In this document: piece after piece, positions 23,501 through 35,866 of the stretch
Layout: each line of letters begins with the position of its first letter
Numbering within the stretch: position 1 is the stretch's first letter
From: Amphiscolops sp. MND2022
Lineage: Eukaryota
Length of the DNA stretch: 64,000 nt
Assembly (NCBI GenBank): GCA_964187785.1
Contig: OZ076420.1
Span: 40,424,001-40,488,000, forward strand
Reading direction: 5' to 3'
The notes under the pieces: model-generated
Seen by the model: the letters and a program-made list of their open reading frames with translations, nothing else
Told to the model about the DNA's origin: nothing
Database searches by the model: none
Program-made: the position numbers and the translations under genes

Positions 23501-26500
23501 TGGCTACAGAAAAGTTCCTTGAGGCACTTTCTGCGCTAAGGTGCAGAATTAAAATGACAAATATAGTGAGTTCATGCTTTCCAGTTTCATGCTGATCAAT
23601 TCATGTATAATTCTTGAACATCCTTGATACAGTTTCAAACAGTAGTTCCTTCTGTTGCCTTGACAAAAAACACCAACCTGGTTTAATTCCGTTGCTATTT
23701 CTTTGAGCACTGCATGCTGTTGCAGTTATTTTGCCTCTCTCGAGAGTTCTGATCCCTGCGTGCGTGATTTCTCAATCTAGTCTTGATTCCAATCCCATCT
23801 TTTTAGTATCTTTGACATCAAAATTTTGATACTCTTTCATGTATAACCCTCAAATTCAATCAATGCAAGAAAAGTCCTGTATTCATCGGATAGTCCTGTC
23901 TGTCTCAGTGTGTTTTCCAACTAAATTGAATTATAAAACCTAATTATTTAATGGCTACAAAGGCTCGAAAAAATGATGCGATACGGGGAATGCGGCGTAA
24001 TTTTTCGGTTCCGCCGTTTTTGATTAACCTCATAGTTACCCAACCGCTTTATGACTTGCGTTGTTCAACTTTTGTTTGTGAGACTTCGACGAATCATTAG
24101 ATTTTTTGCGGAATTTGCAGTCAAATATATTTACTGATGTTTTACAAAATATTACTGCAACTGATAGTTATTATCTAGTATTAATATGAATTAATAGTAA
24201 CATTTAAATCATTATGACTAAAAAATTGGGAAAATAGTGAAATAGTGAAAAATAGTGTTTCACATTGGGGGGGGGGGGGCTTACAAAGTATTCACGAGAT
24301 ATTTTTGAATGAAAATTGAGGTGTTTTTCAGCCAAGACTGTGTGCGGTTGCTGAGCAACTGTGGCAACTTCTCAGGGGGCCCCTATGCGGCCCAGGAGGA
24401 GGCTAGGAAACGATGCATGTTGCTGCTAGGGGGCGACGGAGGAGATTGTGTTTCCATATACGAACTGAGCGGTGAGTAATTGATTTTATTTGTCACGCGA
24501 GTTTCAAGGTTCCCGATGTTTCCATTTGATGCAAGATGCGTCCGATGGTTTTGAAGAAACGCTTCGTCTTGGAATGCATGTCTAACCTGTAATATTACTG
24601 CATGTAAATCTTTGTATATAGGATGCTTGTATGGATGCTTAGTAAAAATTTCGGATTATTGGACTATTCCGGTGAAAAGATTCGCAGATTATGCATTTTG
24701 TTGGCATGATTTGGTATGAGAAAGTTTACCAAAAAGTGGGGAACTGGAAAATGGATTTTGTCATTTACTTTTGTCCAACTTTATCTAAACGTAAGGGATG
24801 ATACTGCCTGTTTTCACCAAATTCAATAAAGGAGTTCATTGGCTGAAAACGTTTTTTTGTTTCTTAGTGGCTTCCATGTTTATCGAACGTCAAGAAACCC
24901 GTGAAATACACGGTTTGATTTTTCTCAGCCGTTGTTTAGCGGATTCCCGACTAAATTGGAGGGGTTTCTCCCGCAGTTTGATTAATTAAACATATGTCCA
25001 GGTGTTTTGGCAGTCAGTCGCTTTGGAAGACGGCTAAGGCTAAGTCTATGAACGGGAGTCATTATCCCACCTTACTGAAATCACCAGTCATGACAAGATG
25101 CTAATACGTATTTACCCCCACACGAAAGCACGCGTGACTCCATCCGGGCATACCCATAGGCTTGTTAAAGGGAGATGGACGTGCCAAGTGATAAGGAAGT
25201 CATTGAATGCAGGCTTTCTCGACTTTTGTGCCTTAAGCTTTTATGTCAGACTGGAAGGGCTGAAGAATTGTCTGGGTCTTGTTCTTGGTGCTGTAAAAAA
25301 ATTCCCATTCACGGCCTACTGAGTGCTTCTTGAAATTGAATTCCATCTTTTGAATAGAATGTGTTGGGCTACCAATGAATGGGTCTATTTTGTATTGCGT
25401 TCACGCTGCGTTAAATTTTTCTCCATTGTTTTCATCGTTGAGATTTTTGAATTTGAAAGCTGATTGTTTGATGTTCCTAGATATTTTTTTTTCGGAAAGT
25501 CTCTCATTGCTTTATTTCAACATTATAAACCAAAGGCTTCTTCCTAAATTTCAAAATTTTGCTGTCTTTTCGAGACTACCAATTTGGTAGTGAACTTTGT
25601 CTGTTCTAGAGTGATACTTTTTACTGATATATCCTCCTATAACTCGCGCTACAACTGACTGAAATGGCAACAAGATCTTAGATGTCGTGAAAAAAGCATT
25701 TTTCCTCTCTAAAAACCAAGGTTTGAGTCCTATGAGCAAGTTTGTATATAGCAGATACCACGTATAAGCACTCGATTCCATGAGCTTGCAGTATACACTC
25801 GTCTTGAGCGTGGCATGGACATTAATAATCTTCACACTCATAATTTTCACCTCTTTCGTCATTGCTTTCATATTCTACATTCTCTTGAAAATATTCGACC
25901 CGAAGAGTTTGATCATCAACACAGGAAGCGAGGAAAGTGTGACGGATTCAATATTGGAACTCGACCCCCCAAAAATGGGAAACCAAACTTGTCTCTCAAA
26001 TCAGCCACAGACAGAAATTGACAACTGCGCGAAATCTTCAACCTTTTATAACCAAGATATTGTTCATGCAGATAAACCGGAAGAGGATGAAAGAAAAATG
26101 ACCTTGGAAACGTTCACTCCCAATAGGTTTTATTCCTTGAAACCAGAGGTAGTTTTCACGACTCTTCGACACAGTATCTCGAACATTGGATTCCTGAATG
26201 TCGGCTATATCTCAGAAGATCATAGCCCTGTCACCTCTTTAATGAAGACAAATTCGGCCGAATGTTTGAGCAACGTTTGCGACACTTGTTTCAAACCAAT
26301 TGAAGATGATACAAAAGATTTTCAACTAATTCAGATCTCTGAAGCTTACACTCAAACTAGTTTTTACTAATTTGCAACATCAAATCTTCCCCATAGATAT
26401 TTTCAATCTCATGCTTCACATAAACACAGCTTACTGTAATAATTTCTATCACAGCTGCTAACTATCCTGGAAATTATCTGTCTCCAGTTATTATTCTATT

Positions 26501-29500
26501 TAGCTTTCTCAATTGATAAAAGCCTTCAGGTGCAACAAGGTCTTGTTCAAAGTGCCCATTATGTTGAAAGTCCTGAAATTTTACTTCAAATTTTATTCAT
26601 GCAGGTAATTTGTTCGCATTTTCAAAATTTATGTGTATCTTGGAATATTAAAGCAGGAAACTATAATTTTTTTCTAAAAATATAAGGAAAATTTGTTTTC
26701 CCTTAGCATCTACAGTCCTGTGGAAAAAAATGGGACAAAGATTTTTGTTGGAAGTTTCAAAGTGTATCAAAATAAGGAATTGGTTTTCAGATCCAATAGC
26801 TTGTGTTCTAGTACCTCTAAAACGCACTCTTTTTGCGTTTTTCAGTTTTTACCGGACCCTCGAAACTATATGGGATCAAATGGTCCCCTGAGAGTTTTTC
26901 GGCGCTGTGCTACTTTTTTGATTTTTTTTTGAAATTTCACAAAATATTGTCCTCCAATTTTTTTGGCAATTTTGCTTTTCTTGGTGTTTTGGAAAAGCGT
27001 TTTCCGAACACTAAATGACTCCTTTGGGTAATTTCGGCACTTATCTTTGTGAGATTTTCCTTGAAAAAATCTGAGCATATTTTAAAAACTTCGCGCTTTT
27101 TGAGTGTTCACTAATGCATGGTTCGCTGAGAGCTTCGCTTGTATTTAAATAAGAATGCAAAATGTCATTACCATTCACGGATAATGTTTTCTTTTGTTCC
27201 TTAAAGCCTCTAGTCCAAGATTTGGACGCCTAAAGTGAAAATTTCCAGGTTTGCACAACTCAAAGTTGAAAACGTCTGTGTGGAATTGGAAGATTTAATT
27301 CCAGAAATTTTATAGATGATTTTTATCCCTGAAACTTATGTGGAAATGATAGAAAATGAAATGTTCTATGAGTTTTTAGTCAAATGACAGAAAACTTTGA
27401 AGTGAAAGTTTTCGTTTGGTAATTTTGTTTTTTTTTGAGATGAAGCGGTTATTTCTAATTCTGTATGAAAATTCTAATTCATTTTCAGAAACGAGTCGAG
27501 GTGGAGAATCTTCGGTGACGTCAACAGCTGTCGCAGTGTCCCCCTCGCGGTCGCTGGCGTCTCTGAAGAATAACGAAGTTACATATCCCTGTTCCAGTAG
27601 CAACCTCTGTCGCGATTCCAACAAGGAGGTATGCGAGATCTCCCGCCAGGGTGTTCAGAACATCCCCGGAGAGTTCGAGATGTCATCTTTGCCCAACAAA
27701 TGCACCCGAGGTTTGCACTTCGTTTTCATCTTTACTATATAAATTCACATTAATAATATCAAATGATGGAAGTAACATTTGAAGTTTGAGATATTTTGTG
27801 GCTGTGCCAATTTTCCATGCCAATGACCCCAAAACGAACTAAGTGAGAAAATTTCTGACGCATTTTAAATTGATTTCTTTCTCCAATTCAGAGGCTCCAA
27901 TTTAGACTCGAAACATTTTGTCATGTTTATTTTTTTGTCTGAATTTGTCTCTAACAATTTAAATCCGAGTAACTATGGGCCAATAATTGTACGAAATTTA
28001 AATATCAAAAATAACGCAATTCATTGTTGTAATATTTTGAAAGTTCTTCATATTTCTATACTCTAAAATGTGGTTACCTGGGATCATTAGTACTGCCCGG
28101 GCTCAAAAAAGTTCAACCCAGTATTCAGGAATGACGATCATCCAAAATGTCAAAACTCGTCGAAAATCGAGAAATTTGCAATATCAACGTTGCAAAATGT
28201 GCAAAACCTAACTTTGATGTAATGATGTCAGTGTTTAATGTTTTCCAACAACTTTTCAATTAGACTGAGGTTTAAGTTGAAAAATTCCAAGTTCAGTTAA
28301 CTTTGGACACCTTCCGAATTTCACAATCAATAAAGTTTTGTTTGCAATAGTTGGGTTGTGTAATATTTCTGAATTCTTGAACTCGTTTGTTAAATGAAAC
28401 CGGACGTCTTGTATTAATTTGAATATTCCCAACTACTCTGTTAAACATTACACTACAGGAAATACTGTATTAGGTAGTTTTTTGGTGTTTTATAAGATTC
28501 AGTAAAAATAGCAGTCATTTGTCATTTATGTACGCTTTGACTGAATATATTCAATACTGTTTCCATTTCAAACTGCATCTTGCAAGATTTCACTGATTCA
28601 TTCACGTTGAGCTGCATTTTGTAGGATTCTGCTAAGATGTCTTCATTTCAGGCTGCAGCATGCAGGATTGGAGCACAGTGCACATGATGTCGCTACCAGA
28701 CGAGATAGTGATCGGATCCATGAACGGAAATGCTTCACATTGCATTGTGTGCAGGTGCATAGCCCACATAGACCAAGACAAGACCGCTTTCTTCTGTGAC
28801 GTCAACCCCCAGAAGTTGCTGGAAAACAGGTGCAACTTTCACGTCCAGAAGAAGTGCCCTTCTGGCGGTGGCGGAACCCAGACTCGCTCTGTGGCGACTC
28901 CGAACAACCCCTCGTCTCTCTGTTAGTTTATTATACCAAATTCCGGGTTCTGACACGTATGATTTCCTTTACACCTCGTCATAATTGCGACTTTTTCCTA
29001 TATTAAACTGTTTTTCACGTTGAAATGTTGTTTACATTGTCACAAAACAGGAAACAAAACGATAGAGAAAGTTTAAACACAAACACAAATATTTTAGAAA
29101 AATTGTGTCCAATGCATAAATTATGAGCAGTACAAACAAGGAATATAGATTATAATATATATCACGATTACACGATTAAATGCTTAAAATCTGTTGAGTT
29201 TTCTGTGTTGAGTTTTCGTGTGTTGAGTTTTCTTGTGTTGAGTTTTCTGTGTTGAGTTTTCTTGTGTTGAGTTTTCTGGTAATCATAATTTCAACCGCTG
29301 ATCGCAAAATCGTTAATTTCGCAATCACTAAATTGCTAACCTGGTTGGAAACATGCTAATACTTTCACTTGGTTTACAACAACACAGTTTGAGCAGGACA
29401 AGATTGGCTAAATGTGAAATGTTTTTTTTTTTAAATAGAACTCTGAATTCAACGGATTTTTCAGCGGTTTCGGGGCTAAAATTCACTCTAAAATTCAAAA

Positions 29501-32500
29501 GTTTTCGATATATTTCACACGTTCTCCTCGTGAAAGCCACATTTTTCTTGAAAAAATGTGTCTGGAACAATCGTTCTGTGCACTCTTGAAAAACCGCTAA
29601 TAAAATGCTTACTGCTGAGCCGCTAATTAACGGTGTCATAACCCTGATGAAGTTTGACTATTTTTGCATAAACATGTTGAAATAGGAAATCTTTGTGAAA
29701 AACTTTTCCTGAGTCATGCCATATCGATCAAAATATGAACAGACATCGTGAAAAACATGCGATCATTGATTTTGAACATTATAACAATAGTAATTTTCTC
29801 CTCTTTTCCTTTAATCTTTCATAGAATAGCCGATCTTGTATACCAAACATACAAGTCGGCATGCTCCCAAATGACCAAGAGTCAAAATAGTTGGTGTCAA
29901 TAGAAGATTCGAACGTTCCCATTCAGAGTTTCTAATTCGAAAATTTCGAACTCAAAACCGCAGAAGAGTGTTTATCATGATAGAACACATTCATAATCTT
30001 GTCTTACGGTGTTTTTCGTGGCGAATCGTGTTATTGAAAAGAGTCAACTAATTTCACATCCTCCTGATGCTTTCTTCGACTGAGCAACCCCATGAAAATC
30101 TTAAACTTGGAAGTGAAATTTGAATTTTGGGATTGTGGTAGTATTGAACTGGCGATGCATGTTCGTTTTGTTTTTCAGTTCAAGGAAGCAGTTACCAGTC
30201 AGGAACGACAGAGACGACAGACTACATGTTTGAGTGCAACTTCTGCTCTTGTCTCAACGGCAAGACCTATTGCACCAAGCGACTCTGTCTCTCCGACTAC
30301 ACTCTTGACAATGAGAAGAACAACTACGGCATCGAATTCACTGGTCAGTTATAGTCGCACGTCTTACTCGGAAACGCTCTTCTAAACAGTATTGGAAATC
30401 TAAGTTGAAACGGTATTAGTTTCTCACTGACACAACCAGTGAATTTGGTCGCTTGTAAGCGAAAGCGCAAAAGAAGCAAAGGCGACGTAATATCCGAATA
30501 AGCGCTGAAATTGACGACTGAAATTTTCGCTTATCTGATTGGTCTTAAAATCTTATTGCGCTTAAATTTTTTTAAATGCCCAACTCTTACAGTGGCAAGC
30601 TTTTTGTTCTGTCGTTTCACCGGACACAAGTACAGTTGAAAGTGAAAATTTGTCTCTTGTGGTAGTTTGTTGTGAAAAAGTACTAACCGATCGAAAGATT
30701 CGTAATTTTGTCAAGAAATTGCAGCATTTGAAAATCTTTAACTCGCTGGACCAAAGTTTTCTCCCAAAAAAAGCGTTAGCGGGCTAGACACATGCGCAAC
30801 AAGCGATAAGCGGGTTTTTTGGAAAACCTATTTCACTGGACACAACCAAAGTTGGTTTATTTTTCATGCAAATAAATATGTGGATTCACTTTTCTTTGCC
30901 TACATACCAATCTTAATGGGAAAAGTTCGAGCCATGTGAGAGCTATTTTGTGCTCAAGAGTTCACGCTAAAACATGTTTTTTTTTGTACTTTGATAGATT
31001 TGATTTTGAGATTCATTTTTCAAGACAGTGCAAAGCAACCTAACCACAAATCCCGTTTACTAAAAGGTGTTCATTTTCGTTGAAATTCTAAACAACTTTT
31101 AGCTTTATTCCAACTTTCACAGGAATGCCTAAAAACGCAGATGACGAGTACATTGCAACCTGTGCCTCAAACGGACGAACGTATCCCAACGACCAAGTGG
31201 CAGAAGCCTTGAATCTTACCAACTACCAGCTAGGAATGTGTGAAGAAACTGTGGCCTGTTATTCTTCCATGTGTCCCCTCGGATACCAGTGCGTGACTAC
31301 CCGCGAGGTAAATATCATGCCCCAGCAATACTCCCCGCACTTTCCTACACTAATATTAACAATTCCAAAGTTCTTGTTTTGAGAATTAATTCGTCTTCTG
31401 TAAATTCGCGATTTGGTGGTTTGTTTTTCTAATTGATTGGGTCAAATGCCCTTTCTAGCAGGTATTTGGAACGAGGTGCGTTACATGCGTTCAAGTTGGG
31501 AATTTGGAATTTCACTGTCCGTGGCTTCAAGCTTTTCTCAGTATCATTTAATTTTTTTTAAATACAAAGGATCTGCAAGATACTCAGAAGTTTTGATGCG
31601 CTGCTTATTTTTATTAGATAACCTAAAATATTTCGTCTTTTACATCGTTCTTTTTCCATCAATTAAACAGTTTCCATCTAACTGGTCATTGCTTAAACGC
31701 CCACTTTGAATTACTTGAATTTGTTTAGGTTTGTCTTAGCAAGAAGCACAACTGCTTCAGACACCGCTGTGTCAAGGACAACGAATGCCTGCAACACGTG
31801 TGTGACGAGTTCGGAGACACTCACGCCAACAAGTGCGACCAAGACTTACCCAAGTACGGGGGCAGGGTTGTCGATATTGCATACCCCGGCAGGTGAGTTG
31901 CTGGTTACCCTCAAGTTTGCACCACCCCTCCCCTCCCCTCAACCCCCCCCCCCCCCTCATTAATCTAGTCACCACTCTACTGATCTGATATAGTGAGGAC
32001 TGTTGTGGGTCATTGCTTTTTCGTTTGAAATTGTATATTTTTAACTGTTCCAAATTGTAAAAACTCTTTCTTTATACTTCGACGTTTTTCTTTAGTTGTC
32101 CAAATGTAAGTCTTTTACTGCGGTTGCATTTTATACTTTACAGTTGTTCACGTTCTATGAACAGAACCGATGGAATCAAAGAAATTCATATCATTCCAAA
32201 TTGAAATTTAAAATATTGCACATACATATGTGACTCTCCTCCACGAAGGAGAAACTAGTTGGGCTTTTCATTTGATTCTAATAAGCGCGATAATTTCCTT
32301 TTAAATATGTAATTGTATGTATCGTCGTAGAATCGTTTCCTCGTTATAATGTACCCATACCAAATTGTGTGGAGGTGTTAAAATTTTCAAAAATCGAAAA
32401 AACCCAAATTTTCAAGCAACCCACAATAATGAAGCATTGCAGCGGGCATGAATGAATCATTGAAGTACATGTATGTTGCAGGTGTGACGAGAAGTGCCCT

Positions 32501-34411
32501 CAGATGCAAGTTTGTGGCACCAACGGACACACGTACTCCTCGCCCTGTGCCGCCTTCCACGACAGGGTGCTCGTCGACTACCCTGGAAAATGTCGAGACT
32601 TCGCTGTCCAGATAAGTTAGTCGCCCACATTTTGCCTGGCTTTCCATCCACTTACTACTCTCAACACGGAGTATGAAAAACGTTATATCAAACGTTGTCT
32701 TCCATTTTAACCTAAATGGTTGTAGTTCAGGGGTGTTTCAGTTTTTAATCGATTTTTCATCCTCTAAAACATTTTGCCATAGTTGCTGGAAGTCGAAGAC
32801 CGAAAATAAAGCAGTGGTATCTGCTGCGAAAAGTTTTTCATTATCTCTATATAATTTTTTAGTCGGCGCATTTTAGTAGAAAATGTGCCCGACTATTACA
32901 GTGGGTAGTTTTTTTTAGACGCGTAAGGTCCACTTTTTTGTTCATTTGTTCAACAACTTCAAACCTCAACAACTTCAAACCCCAACAACTCCAACCTCAG
33001 AAGCGCGTCCAAAACGAAAAGAAAAAAAAACAAAACAGACGTCCAAAGATACCACCTTAGCCCCACTTTTTTTCGGCACTATGCGACTTTTTTTGAAGTT
33101 TTTTGGATTGCATCAGAGGGTCCCCCCTTCATTTGTTTCGATATTTTGCAAAACAATGGATGTCAAAAAATCGCAAAGGGTCCCCCCTTTTACATTTTTC
33201 GGCACTGTGACACTGTTTAAAAATCGCATTAAAAATTTTTTTTTGGGAAATTTTTTCATGTCTCCAAAGGGTCCCCCCTTCAATTTTTTAAAAATTTTTT
33301 GCAGCCAGCTGGAGTTTCACAAAGCCCGAAGGGTCCCCCTTTTAAATTTTGAGCCTTAGATATGGCGCCGACTTTGGCCGTTCTCGGCTTGTTCATTATA
33401 ATTTATAAAATTTTATTTTTATAGCGGATACGGAGCCCCGCAAGTGCTACAAGATAAGAGACAGCTGTGCGGCCTTGCCCGCCTTCTGTCGAGGAGTGCA
33501 TGCATTCGGTGTGTGTTGTCCTATCTGTGGGGCGGTGGCCAGACTCATACCAGCGCCTGACCTCGTTGACATGGTGCACTTGACCCTGGTGGGCGCTGAC
33601 CCCACCAACCCCGCTGATCAGTACACTGTCAGAGACGTGGTCATGGCTGTCAGACAGTACATCACATTGGTTTGTGAAATTCTCCTTTATCACATAAAGC
33701 AATATAGAGGTGAACGAAAAACGGTGCATACAGTAAGTTTTCACGCATTCGAGAGCATAGAAAATTACCCATGAAAAGTGTTCTTCAGCAATGACTTTAA
33801 ATCGTTGTTGGAAAAATGTGAGAAATTGAAAGTTTCTCAAGACAAAGAAAAATTGACAAAAATGCAACTACACCTTCACATTAGGAGAACGGATTACGAA
33901 AATCAACTACTTTTTAGGGTCACTGTTTCGAAAGACCTCGTCGATCAGAAAATGCACTCGAGACTAGCCCGCTTTATCATAAACGCCATTAGCTTTAACT
34001 ACACACGCTGTTATTTTGCTGTTTTTGAGCCATTTTTGATTATTTTTCGTCACTATCACTCCAATGATGTTTCCGTTTCAGCCGCAATGTGACGTTTTCG
34101 GTCACCTGAGCATGGATGATTCAGTCACTCTCCTGTTCACAGTTCCATTCAATGACCCCACCCCCTTACAGGTGCAAGCATGTATCGAGGAAGCCAAGAG
34201 AATCGTCTCGCTCTTCGTCAGACGAGATGTCACGCTTATATCCAACGTGCACCTGTTTCCCATCGCAGGCGCCGATGTCGAGGCTTCTTTCGTCAAATTC
34301 ACCGGCTCTAGCCGCAACATTTTAACTTCACATCTTGTTCACGCGTTTATCCTTATTCTGTCTTCTTTCTTCACACACTTTTTCTTTTCGGTCGCCGACC
34401 TTTCGAGGTGA
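14381..34411 (+). CDS. RECK: RECK orthologue (GPI-anchored, CC domains + Kazal motifs), multi-exon; 5' end probably outside the window
   Basis: Exons 14381-14508, 15609-15824, 16150-16298, 21912-22093, 22899-23186, 24332-24471, 27489-27710, 28652-28921, 30179-30343, 31123-31307, 31729-31892, 32482-32615, 33425-33669, 34082-34411; all AG/GT and phase compatible. Peptides match human RECK as recalled: CSSFNN, FKAVACALTIKPC, CGTNGHTYSSPCAAFHDRVLVDYPGKC, CCPICG, PQCDVFGHLS, QVQACIEEAKRI, hydrophobic GPI tail. Confidence 0.93.
14535..15007 (+). mobile_element. Non-autonomous Helentron-type (HINE/DINE-1-like) element, copy A
   Basis: T-run + subTIR AGTCGGCGC with nearby CCGACT; internal AAAGGGTCCCCC repeats; GCGCTGACT near the end; terminal CTTGTT. 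Confidence 0.7.
15609..15824 (+). CDS. RECK: RECK exon (CC domain, GCCDE)
   Basis: SGCCDE...KCRGF...LKSCL. Confidence 0.8.
16150..16298 (+). CDS. RECK: RECK exon (CC domain start)
   Basis: YCCQF...SCRNQCEK, GTAAGT donor. Confidence 0.85.
16878..17193 (+). mobile_element. HINE-like copy B (internally deleted)
   Basis: AGTCGGCGC...GCGCCGACT (17166-17174), ends ATTGTT. Confidence 0.7.
17427..18076 (+). mobile_element. HINE-like copy C
   Basis: Duplicated 5' end (51-bp period), internal tandem units, GCGCCGACT 18048-18056, hairpin GCCGG-TC-CCGGC, CTTGTT. Confidence 0.75.
19746..20096. mobile_element. hAT-type MITE (351 bp)
   Basis: Imperfect ~21-bp TIRs CAGGGTTTTGACATCGCTAAT / ATTAGCGGTGTCAAACCTCTG; 8-bp TSD CTTGGAAC (19738-19745, 20097-20104). 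Confidence 0.88.
21912..22093 (+). CDS. RECK: RECK exon
   Basis: SCVQNVIAGQCRPGCSRMNFCSSFNN. Confidence 0.88.
22899..23186 (+). CDS. RECK: RECK exon (frizzled-like CRD)
   Basis: FRRCTDMADQAA...LKDISNCEPLVFKAVACALTIKPC. Confidence 0.92.
23241..23298. repeat. 23-bp tandem repeat, about 2.5 copies
   Basis: GTTGTTA(G/A)GGAATAAGTTTAATA repeated. Confidence 0.85.
24332..24471 (+). CDS. RECK: RECK exon
   Basis: QDCVRLLSNCG...DCVSI. Confidence 0.85.
25780..26370 (+). CDS. Orphan 196-aa ORF with N-terminal TM segment, nested in a RECK intron
   Basis: ATG start, about 35 hydrophobic residues then an acidic/polar tail; TATATAG about 30 nt upstream; no homology recognised. Confidence 0.5.
   Translation: MSLQYTLVLSVAWTLIIFTLIIFTSFVIAFIFYILLKIFDPKSLIINTGSEESVTDSILELDPPKMGNQTCLSNQPQTEIDNCAKSSTFYNQDIVHADKPEEDERKMTLETFTPNRFYSLKPEVVFTTLRHSISNIGFLNVGYISEDHSPVTSLMKTNSAECLSNVCDTCFKPIEDDTKDFQLIQISEAYTQTSFY
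26850..27145 (+). repeat. Diverged fragment related to the HINE internal repeat
   Basis: GGTCCCC / TTTTTCGGCGCTGTGC-TACTTTTTT type units; termini not recognisable. Confidence 0.4.
27489..27710 (+). CDS. RECK: RECK exon
   Basis: EVTYPC...CEISRQG...CTRG. Confidence 0.85.
28652..28921 (+). CDS. RECK: RECK exon
   Basis: GCSMQD...HCIVCRC...KKC. Confidence 0.8.
29191..29277. repeat. Minisatellite (TGTTGAGTTTTC core, ~15-bp unit, 6 copies)
   Basis: Seen directly. Confidence 0.9.
29290..29646. mobile_element. Truncated relative of the hAT MITE
   Basis: Right end ATTAACGGTGTCATAACCCTG resembles the MITE TIR; CGCTAA motifs; left TIR absent. Confidence 0.55.
30179..30343 (+). CDS. RECK: RECK exon
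   Basis: ECNFCSCLNGKTYCTKRLCL...EFTG. Confidence 0.9.
31123..31307 (+). CDS. RECK: RECK exon (Kazal-like 1)
   Basis: TCASNGRTYP. Confidence 0.88.
31729..31892 (+). CDS. RECK: RECK exon (Kazal-like 2)
   Basis: VCL...VCDEFGDTHANKC. Confidence 0.85.
32482..32615 (+). CDS. RECK: RECK exon (Kazal 3)
   Basis: VCGTNGHTYSSPCAAFHDRVLVDYPGKC. Confidence 0.93.
32861..33393 (+). mobile_element. HINE-like copy D
   Basis: AGTCGGCGC...CCCGACT; GCGCCGACT 33365-33373; hairpin GCCG-TTCT-CGGC; CTTGTT. Confidence 0.75.
33425..33669 (+). CDS. RECK: RECK exon
   Basis: GVCCPICGAVARL. Confidence 0.9.
34082..34411 (+). CDS. RECK: RECK terminal coding exon with GPI-signal-like tail
   Basis: PQCDVFGHLS...QVQACIEEAKRIVSL, hydrophobic tail, TGA. 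Confidence 0.93.
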   Translation, partial: PQCDVFGHLSMDDSVTLLFTVPFNDPTPLQVQACIEEAKRIVSLFVRRDVTLISNVHLFPIAGADVEASFVKFTGSSRNILTSHLVHAFILILSSFFTHFFFSVADLSR

Positions 34412-35866
34412 CAACTCTAATCATTGACCTTGTTATATGAAATAGAAGATACACCGGCGTGTGTGAAAGTATTTTCATCACTGCGATTCCTGCCACCGTC
34501 ACCGAATAGTCATTTGAGCCAAAGAGTTATCAGCATTATCCTCATACTGTCATACAGGGTACAATCAGCGGTAAATTCAAAATTTAGAATTTCGAATTAG
34601 AGCCAGAGAAATTGTCACCAGAGAACGATGTCAACTCATTCTGCCACAAACATCCAAAACTTCTGGAATCCAACCATCATTGCGTGATTTTGAATTGTTA
34701 CCAAAAACTTGCGTCAATTTGATTCACAAAATGAGTTCTTTCTGTTGCTAATTTTAGTTCAATCCTTCTATTTTTGATGCTTTATTGATGATGTCATGTG
34801 ATAGTAGATACCTTGTCACGTGAGCAAGGTTTGAAAAATTCGCTGCCAAAATTGCTGGATATTGGTTTCCTTAAAAGGAAATGCGATGATGTTGGAGATG
34901 TTACCTATGCAATAGATCATTTTTCTTGTTTTACAGTGCTAAGTGAGATGCTTGAGCGGATCGAGTTTCCCTGAAAATTATGAACAAATTGAAATTGAAG
35001 TTTATTTCATTGAATGACTCACTTAAATGGGAATGTCTTTAGATCCCAAAAGGCGATACAGTTACGTACATAAAAATGTATTTTGCTGTTTCATTGAAAT
35101 TTTTACCATCAATTTGTAAATAACAAATCATTAACGTTTACGGATTCCAACTTTTGCAATTTTCGCTATTTTTGTTTTCAAATTCAATCAAAGTGTCCTA
35201 CAATTTCATTATCATTTCTAACTTTCATTTTCATCACTTGTTGGTCAGCCAACCTAATTTTCTCCCGTGAGTTTGTCAGAAATTTTGAGATTTTTGTCCA
35301 GAGTGGATGCAAGCCTGAAAATTCACAGACCCAGCGTTAATAGACCGGAACTTTTTCCTTTCCCCCACACGCAAAAGTTTATGTGAGAAAATTGCAAAAT
35401 AAGTAATAATTAATAGGTGGGGTTATGTGCTCTTGTGTAGTCATCAAAACAGAGTAAAATGGAATGTTTTAGCACTTGTTCAAACGTAATTCTAGAATTC
35501 ATTGGGTGAAAATTTCGTTCTTAGTCGGTGCTTCATGAAGTGAAACGCGACTATAATAGTGGCTTTTTTCAGTCCACACGAACTGACCAAAAAAGTTGAA
35601 CGTTCTACTATACTTTAAAGTGTCGAATTGGAACATTTCGCCCAAGGAACTTAACCAAAAGAGTTGTTCCTTTTTTCAGCACAACATACAATACCGGGCG
35701 AGACTAAAGGGTCCCCCTTCTAGTTTTTTCGGCATTGTGAGACTTTTTTCGAAAAAAAATTAATGACGTCAAAGGGTTACCTTCCAATTTTTTGAGGTTT
35801 TGCGACAAAAGTTTTGAAAAACCCGAAAGGTTCCCCCCGCGTTTTAGTTCGCCAATCTGATCCAAA

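Noticed and set aside
24268-24279. G12 run, and the C-run near 31943-31957
   Set aside because: Simple intronic homopolymers; length unreliable.
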